From contig CAZQGX010000011.1 of assembly GCA_964593255.1 (NCBI GenBank), positions 99-64,098 of the forward strand: a stretch of 64,000 bases of DNA, in the 5' to 3' direction. Each line of letters begins with the position of its first letter. Position 1 is the stretch's first letter. The notes beneath the pieces are model-generated. The model was given only the letters and a program-made list of their open reading frames with translations, searched no databases and had not been told where the DNA came from. Source of the DNA: an uncultured Flavobacteriaceae bacterium (GTDB taxonomy: Bacteria; Bacteroidota; Bacteroidia; Flavobacteriales; Flavobacteriaceae). Of this stretch, positions 57,597-64,000 are shown one piece after another. The position numbers and the translations under genes were made by a program.

Positions 57597-58610
57597 GTGC
57601 AAGGTAAATTAAGATTGTCAATGATTTTACTAGTTATCGTGCTATTTGTAGGCGTGATAGGCTATCAATACTTCATGGATTTGCCGTGGGTTGATGCACT
57701 CTATATGACAGTAATTACCATAACTACAGTAGGTTATAAGGAAGTAGGGGTGCCTACCACAGCTGCAAAGTTATTTACAGTTTTATTTATATTAGTAAGT
57801 GTGGTAGTAGTAGGGTATGCACTGTCTGCAATTACTGAGTACCTATTATCAAACAACAGTCTAGCAGATTTGAGACTGAAGAGAAAAAGTAAACAATTTA
57901 AATCTATGGAAAATCACATTATTGTTTGTGGATACGGTCGCAATGGTAGGCAAGCTGTACGTAAATTACAAGACTATAAAAAGGATTTTATAATTATAGA
58001 AAAAGATCAAGATGTGATAGACAATGCATCCATTGATCAAAATCATTTTTTAAAAGGTAATGCGAGCGATGATGAAGTACTTATTAATGCTGGTGTGGAT
58101 AGAGCTTCTACCTTAATAACAGCACTACCAGAAGATGCTGATAATTTATTTATTGTATTAAGCGCTAGACAACTTAATAAATCTTTAAAAATTATCTCTC
58201 GAGCAAGTGAAGACACCTCAGATAAAAAACTTAAACTTGCTGGCGCTGATAATGTAATATTGCCAGACACTATAGGTGGGCAGCACATGGCATCTTTAAT
58301 AGTCAGTCCTGATTTAATTGAATTTTGGGATAATTTGAGTTATGGAGGTAGTAATGGTGTTAATCTTGAACAGATATCTTTTGAACAAATTTTTGATCAT
58401 CAAAAAAAGGATTGCAGCATTTTAGAATTGAATTTAAGGCAACAAACAGGTTGTAATATTATAGGTTATAAGGCGCCAGACGGTGATTATACTGTAAATC
58501 CAGCCCCTAGTCTTAAGCTACTACCAGGTTCTAAAATAATAGTTATAGGTAATGCAAAACAAATTGCAAAGCTTCAAAAAATATATAGAATTAACGATGC
58601 GGTAACATAA
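57597..58610 (+). CDS. 2-TM ion channel with a cytoplasmic RCK/TrkA-N domain
   Basis: TM1, pore helix, TITTVGYKE, TM2, then IVCGYGRNGRQ Rossmann and RCK C-lobe. GTG start. Confidence 0.8.
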   Translation: MQGKLRLSMILLVIVLFVGVIGYQYFMDLPWVDALYMTVITITTVGYKEVGVPTTAAKLFTVLFILVSVVVVGYALSAITEYLLSNNSLADLRLKRKSKQFKSMENHIIVCGYGRNGRQAVRKLQDYKKDFIIIEKDQDVIDNASIDQNHFLKGNASDDEVLINAGVDRASTLITALPEDADNLFIVLSARQLNKSLKIISRASEDTSDKKLKLAGADNVILPDTIGGQHMASLIVSPDLIEFWDNLSYGGSNGVNLEQISFEQIFDHQKKDCSILELNLRQQTGCNIIGYKAPDGDYTVNPAPSLKLLPGSKIIVIGNAKQIAKLQKIYRINDAVT

Positions 58611-58682
58611 GTGTCTCTAAAACTTTCAAAAAGCAAGTTTTTTATGCATATTGCCACTCATTAAAAATAAATACTTGTTTCT

Positions 58683-60383
58683 ATGAATTGTAATAATAAA
58701 GTGATAGTGTCGCTTGCATCCTTTTTCTTTCCAGTAGTTGCTTTAGCACAAGAGGCTGCTCAAGAAAATACAGAAAAAGGAATAGATGAAAAAATAGACG
58801 ACGCTTTTGGTTGGGCAACTGGTGATTATGTAAATGGTGTTTTTTATCAAATCCCTTTTACAGACGAGATAAAAATTTACTGGGTGCTTTTTCCACTTAT
58901 TTTAGGAGCTTTATTCTTTACTATCTATTTTAATTTCATCAATTTTTCGGGAATATGGAGAGCCATTCAAGTGGTAAGAGGAAAGTATGAAGACATAGAA
59001 AAACACGGTGCGGAATTGCTTTATGGCGAGGATGGTATAGCAAATGGGGTTGATATCAATCAAATAGATGATATTGAAGAACATCTAGACGAGGTCAGTC
59101 AGGATATTACCGTTGATAGTGATATTAAAGAAACTATAAAAGACCAAGCTTCTGATGGTGAAGTATCGCACTTTCAAGCATTGACCGCTGCGCTTTCTGC
59201 AACGGTAGGATTAGGAAATATTGCTGGTGTTGCTATCGCAGTTTCTGTAGGTGGTGCTGGTGCAACATTCTGGATGATTGTAGCAGGATTTCTAGGTATG
59301 GCATCAAAATTTGTCGAATGTACTCTAGGAGTAAAATATCGCGATGTAGGTCCCGATGGAACTATTTATGGTGGTCCAATGTACTATCTTACTAAAGGAT
59401 TGAAATCTATGGGGCTTGCCAGTCTGGGTAAAGTACTGGCTGTGATTTTTGCCATTATGTGTATAGGTGGCTCATTCGGTGGGGGTAATATGTTTCAAGC
59501 AAATCAAGCAGCACAAATGGTTGAAAATATCACTGGTGGTACACAATCTTTTATGTATGGCTATCGCTGGGTATTTGGTTTACTAATGGCAATTTTTGTA
59601 GGTATTGTAATTATAGGTGGTATTAAATCTATTGCCAAGGTTACCGATAAGATTGTACCTTTCATGGTAGTGACCTATGTAGGCGCGGCTATATGGGTAA
59701 TTATTGCAAGATATGATATGATAGGTGATGCATTTATGCAAATTATTGACGGTGCTTTTAGTCCAGAAGGTGTTGCAGGTGGTGCTGTAGGTGTTTTAGT
59801 ACAAGGTTTTAGAAGGGCGGCATTTTCAAATGAAGCAGGTGTAGGTTCTGCATCCATTGCACACTCTGCTGTGCGCACCAAATACCCAGCAAGTGAAGGT
59901 CTAGTTGCGCTATTAGAACCTTTTATTGATACAGTTGTAGTGTGTACCATGACTGCTGTAGTATTAATTATTACAGGAAATGTAAATCCTGAAAATGCAG
60001 GACTAGCAGATGCCGATGCTATTTTACTTACCTCCGACGCATTTGCATCGGTGATCGATTGGTTTCCTTATGTATTAACCGTTGCAGTTGTATTATTTGC
60101 CTTTTCAACCATGATTTCTTGGTCTTATTATGGATACCAAGCCTGGGCTTATTTATTTGGAAGAACAACTAAAACAGAGTATACATACAAAATATTATTT
60201 TGTGTATTTGTAGTAATTGGATCTGCAGCTAGCTTGGGTAATGTTATTGGTTTTTCTGATGCGATGATTTTTTCAATGATGGTGCCTAACATGATAGGTA
60301 TTGTACTACTAGCACCCAAAGTGAAAAAAGAAATGACCAAGTATACGGATGCTATAAAATTAAAACGACAAGCAATCGATTAA
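58683..60383 (+). CDS. Alanine/glycine:cation symporter (AGCS) family transporter
   Basis: FQALTAALSATVGLGNIAGVA and AAFSNEAGVGSA motifs. Confidence 0.85.
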   Translation: MNCNNKVIVSLASFFFPVVALAQEAAQENTEKGIDEKIDDAFGWATGDYVNGVFYQIPFTDEIKIYWVLFPLILGALFFTIYFNFINFSGIWRAIQVVRGKYEDIEKHGAELLYGEDGIANGVDINQIDDIEEHLDEVSQDITVDSDIKETIKDQASDGEVSHFQALTAALSATVGLGNIAGVAIAVSVGGAGATFWMIVAGFLGMASKFVECTLGVKYRDVGPDGTIYGGPMYYLTKGLKSMGLASLGKVLAVIFAIMCIGGSFGGGNMFQANQAAQMVENITGGTQSFMYGYRWVFGLLMAIFVGIVIIGGIKSIAKVTDKIVPFMVVTYVGAAIWVIIARYDMIGDAFMQIIDGAFSPEGVAGGAVGVLVQGFRRAAFSNEAGVGSASIAHSAVRTKYPASEGLVALLEPFIDTVVVCTMTAVVLIITGNVNPENAGLADADAILLTSDAFASVIDWFPYVLTVAVVLFAFSTMISWSYYGYQAWAYLFGRTTKTEYTYKILFCVFVVIGSAASLGNVIGFSDAMIFSMMVPNMIGIVLLAPKVKKEMTKYTDAIKLKRQAID

Positions 60384-60393
60384 TTTAAATATT

Positions 60394-61260
60394 ATGAATC
60401 AGTTAAGATCCCTTTTTGCTTTTGATAGAAAACAGCAAAGAGGGATTTTTGTATTAATGGTACTTCTGCTCGTTATCCTTTCGGTCTTTTTTTATGTAAA
60501 ACAACTGCCACAAGAGCCTTTAACTTTAAAAGACGCCTCTTTATATCAGGATAAAATAGACGCACTAGCTGCTATACAACAAAAACGCAGGGACACAATT
60601 TATGCTTTTAACCCCAATTACATCACAGATTATAGAGGGTATAAACTAGGTCTCAACGTTCAAGAGATTGATCGGTTATTCCGCTTTCGCGAAAGCGGTA
60701 AATTCATAAACTCAAAACAAGATTTCCAGCAAGTTACAAAGGTGAGCGACCAATGGCTGGATAGTATCTCGCCCTATTTTAAATTCCCCGATTGGGTTAC
60801 AAATCCTAAAAACACTTCAAAAAGTAATTATGCGGTGTATAATAATGACATAAAAATAGTGGTTAAAGACATCAATAAGGCATCGCAAGAAGAATTAAAA
60901 AAAGTGTACGGTATAGGCCCTGCACTATCTGGCAGGATCATAAAAGAAAGAGAACGTTTACAAGGTTTTATTGATATCACACAACTAAAAGGCGTTTATG
61001 GCCTTACAGATTCTACAATGGTGCAACTTAAGAAACACTTTTACGTTACACCACCACAAGGATTTTCAAAAATTGCATTAAATACAGCCACTCAAGAGCA
61101 GTTGTTAACTATTCCTTATTTTAACGACTACCTGGTAGAGAAACTAATAGAACAAAGAACCTTAAGAGAAGGGTTTAAAAGCTGGGATAAAGTCTTGTTA
61201 ACATCTAGGTTCCCACAAGAAAAATTAGATTTAATTCAATTATATTTGACACTTAATTAA
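60394..61260 (+). CDS. Helix-hairpin-helix (ComEA-like) membrane-anchored DNA-binding protein
   Basis: N-terminal TM segment and repeated HhH units (INKASQEELKKVYGIGPALSGRIIKERE; LNTATQEQLLTIPYFNDYLVEKLIEQR). Confidence 0.7.
   Translation: MNQLRSLFAFDRKQQRGIFVLMVLLLVILSVFFYVKQLPQEPLTLKDASLYQDKIDALAAIQQKRRDTIYAFNPNYITDYRGYKLGLNVQEIDRLFRFRESGKFINSKQDFQQVTKVSDQWLDSISPYFKFPDWVTNPKNTSKSNYAVYNNDIKIVVKDINKASQEELKKVYGIGPALSGRIIKERERLQGFIDITQLKGVYGLTDSTMVQLKKHFYVTPPQGFSKIALNTATQEQLLTIPYFNDYLVEKLIEQRTLREGFKSWDKVLLTSRFPQEKLDLIQLYLTLN
60682..60697. repeat. Palindromic element, exact, inside the ComEA-like gene
   Basis: Exact 16-mer, read as FRFRESG. Confidence 0.95.
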
Positions 61261-61340
61261 AAAAACAAATTTTCATTAAGAATATGGCAGTTAAATTCAA
61301 GTTTTAGTTGCTTTTTAATAATTTATTGAAATCACTCCCT

Positions 61341-62510
61341 ATGTATTCAAAATATTTTACCGAAGAGCATGACGCCTTCAGACAAAGTTTTAGAGATTTT
61401 CTTCAAAAAGAAGCTGTTCCCCACATCGATAGATGGGAAGAGACTGGTCACATAGATCGTGAGATTTTTCAAAAAATGGGAGAAATGGGATATTTTGCCC
61501 TTTATTATCCCGAACAATATGGTGGTTTAAATCTAGATTTCTTTTACACAGTAATTTTTTTAGAAGAAATGCAACGCATCAACTCTGGCGGTTTTGCAGC
61601 TGCAATGTGGGTACAAGCTTTTCTAGGCGCACAACATTTACTTAAAGAAGGTGACGAGCGTATTAAAAATGAATATCTTGTTCCTACACTTACAGGTGAA
61701 AAAATAGGCTGTTTGGGTGTTACAGAGCCATTCGGTGGTAGTGATGTTGCTGCTATGAGAACTACTGCGGTAAAAGATGGAGATCATTATGTGATTAACG
61801 GTTCAAAAACCTTCATTACAAATGGCGTTTACAGTGATTATTTGGTAATTGCTGCCAAAACAGATGTAGAGGCCAAAGGAAGAGGAATCTCTATATTTTT
61901 AATCGATAGAGAAACCCCTGGGATTAGTGCCACAAAGCTCAATAAACTAGGATGGAGAGCAAGTGATACAGGCGAGATAGGATTCAACAATGTGCGTATT
62001 CCAGCAGCAAATTTAATGGGTGAAGAGGGAAAAGGTTTTCCATATATCATGCAGCATTTTGCACTAGAGCGCTTGATTATGGGGATTAATGCCCATGCCC
62101 GAGCAGAATATGCTGTTGAATACACCATAGGTTACATGAAAGACCGTACTGCATTTGGTAAATCACTCGATACTTATCAGGCCTTGCGTCACAATCTTGC
62201 CGATATGATAAGCGAGGTAGAAATGGCAAAATGTTTTAATTACTCTGTTGCCGAAGAACTTGATAAAGGTTTATACCCTGTCAAAGAAGCAAGTATGTCA
62301 AAATTATTATCTACTAAAATCGCCGATGAGGTTATTTATAAGTGCCTTCAATATCTAGGCGGCTATGGTTATATAGAAGAGTATCCACTTGCCAGAATGT
62401 GGCGCGATAGTAGATTAGGGCCTATAGGCGGTGGTACAAGCGAGATCATGAGAGAGATTATTGCAAAAATGACGCTAGACGGTAAAGACTATAAAGTTGC
62501 TGTAAAGTAA
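61341..62510 (+). CDS. Acyl-CoA dehydrogenase
   Basis: GVTEPFGGSD, FITNG and GGGTSEI motifs. Start set at the ATG (MYSKYFTEEH). Confidence 0.9.
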   Translation: MYSKYFTEEHDAFRQSFRDFLQKEAVPHIDRWEETGHIDREIFQKMGEMGYFALYYPEQYGGLNLDFFYTVIFLEEMQRINSGGFAAAMWVQAFLGAQHLLKEGDERIKNEYLVPTLTGEKIGCLGVTEPFGGSDVAAMRTTAVKDGDHYVINGSKTFITNGVYSDYLVIAAKTDVEAKGRGISIFLIDRETPGISATKLNKLGWRASDTGEIGFNNVRIPAANLMGEEGKGFPYIMQHFALERLIMGINAHARAEYAVEYTIGYMKDRTAFGKSLDTYQALRHNLADMISEVEMAKCFNYSVAEELDKGLYPVKEASMSKLLSTKIADEVIYKCLQYLGGYGYIEEYPLARMWRDSRLGPIGGGTSEIMREIIAKMTLDGKDYKVAVK

Positions 62511-62521
62511 TTGATGTACTT

Positions 62522-62537
62522 CGCTTTCGCGAAAGCG
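62522..62537. repeat. Palindromic element, exact
   Basis: Exact 16-mer, 12 nt after the acyl-CoA dehydrogenase stop. Confidence 0.95.
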
Positions 62538-62589
62538 AGATTCTTTAAAAATCATAATTAAAAATAACTTTGTATTTCAAAATTAAATG

Positions 62590-62597
62590 TACTTTTG
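62590..62597 (+). promoter_or_regulatory. -7 box TACTTTTG for rpsU
   Basis: TAnnTTTG motif, 29 nt upstream of ATG 62626. Confidence 0.45.
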
Positions 62598-62625
62598 CAG
62601 TCCAAAGAAAGGAGGTGATGACACT

Positions 62626-62820
62626 ATGTTAATAATACCAGTAAAAGACGGAGAAAATATCGATAGAGCTCTAAAACGTTTTAAACGTAAGTTTGATCGT
62701 ACAGGAAAAATGCGTGAACTGCGTTCAAGACAGCAGTTTACTAAACCATCTGTTGCAAAACGTGCTCAAAAGATCAAGGCTTCCTACATACAAGGCCTAC
62801 GTGATGCCGAAAACATTTAA
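62626..62820 (+). CDS. rpsU: 30S ribosomal protein S21
   Basis: MLIIPVKDGENIDRALKRFKRKFDRTG....R....F.KPS. Start trimmed to the conserved Met. Confidence 0.9.
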   Translation: MLIIPVKDGENIDRALKRFKRKFDRTGKMRELRSRQQFTKPSVAKRAQKIKASYIQGLRDAENI

Positions 62821-62887
62821 GGATTTTTCCTTAATATAATTTACCGCTTTATTGTAAAGTTATATCTTTACATTAAGCGGTATTTTT

Positions 62888-63775
62888 ATGGTTTTTAAGC
62901 ATTTTATAGAATACAGTATTATCGAGAAAAATCATTCTTGTCACACTGTGGCAGCTTATGAAAGAGATCTCTTGCAGTTTACATTATTTTTAAAGCAACA
63001 AGATATCTTGCAAATACAAGATGTTAATCATAGCGTGATAAGAAGCTGGGTAACTTATTTGTTAGAAAAAGGAGACTCTAGACGCACGGTAAATAGAAAA
63101 ATATCAACCTTAAAATCTTATTTTAAGTTTTTGTTGAAAATAGGAGATATTACATCTAGTCCTGTCGCATCTTATAAAAGTTTGAAAACTTCAAAAAAAG
63201 TTCAAATACCATTTTCTATTGAAGAGGTCGTACAATTGCTAGATACATCATATGACAATCAAGATTTTACAGAGTCTCGTAATATGTTAATGATTGAATT
63301 TTTATATGCTACAGGAGTAAGAAGGGATGAGCTTATATGTTTAAAGGTAAGTGATATAGATTTATCTGGAAATATTATTAAAGTATTGGGTAAAGGAAAT
63401 AAGGAACGATTAATACCACTAGTCCAATCAATTCATACACATGTAAAACAGTATTTGTTGTTAAGACGTAGGATAGCTCAATTGAATACTGATGCATTTT
63501 TTGTTACCGTAAAGGGTGTTAAAATTCACCCCAGTCTTGTTTATAGAGTGGTAAAATCATATTTTAGTACTGTGTCTTTAAAAGTAAAGATCAGCCCACA
63601 TGTATTGCGACATACTTTTGCGACACATTTATTAGATAACGGGGCAGATCTAAATGCTGTAAAAGAACTATTAGGGCATGAAAGTTTATCATCCACCCAG
63701 GTTTATACACATTCTAGTATGGGAATATTAAAAGAGGTTTACAAAAACACACACCCTAGATCAAAAACAACTTAA
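62888..63775 (+). CDS. Tyrosine recombinase, XerC/XerD family
   Basis: ATGVRRDEL, HVLRHTFATHLL and GHESLSSTQVYTH catalytic motifs. Confidence 0.85.
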   Translation: MVFKHFIEYSIIEKNHSCHTVAAYERDLLQFTLFLKQQDILQIQDVNHSVIRSWVTYLLEKGDSRRTVNRKISTLKSYFKFLLKIGDITSSPVASYKSLKTSKKVQIPFSIEEVVQLLDTSYDNQDFTESRNMLMIEFLYATGVRRDELICLKVSDIDLSGNIIKVLGKGNKERLIPLVQSIHTHVKQYLLLRRRIAQLNTDAFFVTVKGVKIHPSLVYRVVKSYFSTVSLKVKISPHVLRHTFATHLLDNGADLNAVKELLGHESLSSTQVYTHSSMGILKEVYKNTHPRSKTT

Positions 63776-63786
63776 AATAAAATTAT

Positions 63787-64000
63787 ATGAAAGTAGACAC
63801 ACAAGCAGTAAATTTTAATGCAGATCCTGCGCTTATTGATTTCATACAAGATCGAATTAATAAGTTAGAACAATTTTATAGTAAAATTATTAATATAGAT
63901 GTGTACCTAAAAGTTCAAAAGACTTCATCTCCAGAAAATAAAATTGCCGAGGTAAGGATATTTGTACCAGGAGACGATATGGTTGTAAAAAAGACGTGTA
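63787..64000 (+). CDS. hpf: Ribosome hibernation-promoting factor / RaiA (3' end outside the window)
   Basis: Hand translation gives MKVDTQAVNFNADPALIDFIQDRINKLEQFYSKIINIDVYLKV..., typical of the sigma-54 modulation / S30EA family. Confidence 0.75.
   Translation, partial: MKVDTQAVNFNADPALIDFIQDRINKLEQFYSKIINIDVYLKVQKTSSPENKIAEVRIFVPGDDMVVKKTC

Noticed and set aside
58611-58682. Looked for a glycine riboswitch upstream of the alanine/glycine symporter, and for SAM, cobalamin or NiCo riboswitches upstream of the cysteine synthase-like and HupE genes.
   Set aside because: The leaders are short or AT-rich and show no conserved riboswitch cores that I could recognise.
1318-62128. Many 60-127-aa ORFs lying antisense to or out of frame within long recognisable genes. 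Examples are 2411-2755, 2984-3307, 3519-3983, 14178-14657, 25692-26075, 32165-32845, 48550-49074, 53190-53492, 54941-55189, 56834-57196, 59675-59950 and 61838-62128.
   Set aside because: They are fully embedded in well-supported CDSs on the other strand or frame, are Ser/Ala/Pro/Cys-rich in the way typical of shadow ORFs, and have no domain signatures.
3529-62537. Considered whether the repeated palindrome is a CRISPR array.
   Set aside because: Copies are 1-8 kb apart rather than separated by 25-50-nt spacers, occur inside genes, and no cas genes are present.
62888-63775. Considered the tyrosine recombinase as a marker of an integrated element.
   Set aside because: It sits between rpsU and hpf, an arrangement I recall as conserved in Flavobacteriia for the XerC/XerD-like housekeeping recombinase. 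There are no flanking direct repeats, no tRNA target and no phage or conjugation genes.
1-64000. Scanned for tRNA, rRNA, tmRNA and RNase P genes.
   Set aside because: No T-loop (GGTTCGAATCC-like) or acceptor-stem patterns, no rRNA-like conserved blocks, and no RNase P P4 motif were seen.

Overview
This 64 kb window looks like a Flavobacteriia (Bacteroidota) chromosome. The evidence is two T9SS C-terminal sorting domains, a gldA-like ABC ATPase, TAnnTTTG -7 promoter boxes, and largely housekeeping gene content. That content includes an aromatic amino-acid operon, rpsO-pnp, rpe, rsgA-dtd-mazG-aroA-queA, rlmN, nqrABCDEF with apbE nearby, map, and rpsU-xerC-hpf. No tRNA, rRNA or CRISPR array was seen.

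Four observations are not explained by ordinary annotation:

1. An AT-rich accessory island (about 16.0-22.8 kb, between pnp and rpe) carries three copies of a divergent cassette. Each cassette has a conserved XRE-family HTH gene, a conserved 114-nt promoter region with a perfect 17-bp palindrome, and a lipoprotein gene. The lipoprotein signal peptide is conserved but the mature part is completely different in each copy. Two mature parts end in glycine-zipper membrane segments. The island also holds tightly coupled or orphan small membrane ORFs, one truncated lipoprotein stub, and one decayed cassette. The architecture resembles a polymorphic toxin/immunity locus and matches no named system I know.
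2. The 16-bp perfect palindrome CGCTTTCGCGAAAGCG occurs 9 times exactly and about 11 more times in near-exact or degenerate form. Seven copies lie inside conserved CDSs, read in all three frames.
3. At 861-934 there is a position-for-position match to group II intron domain V, followed by a domain VI-like stem with a bulged A. No reverse transcriptase ORF is present. A 289-aa protein with multiple S1-like repeats follows, and the unit is bracketed by two copies of a transposase 3' end.
4. A 22-codon leader peptide in which 9 of 10 consecutive residues are F, Y or W, plus a terminator, sits immediately upstream of the pheA-aminotransferase-tyrA-DAHPS/CM operon. This looks like a classic attenuator.

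All calls come from reading the sequence and the ORF track. No searches or RNA folding were run.
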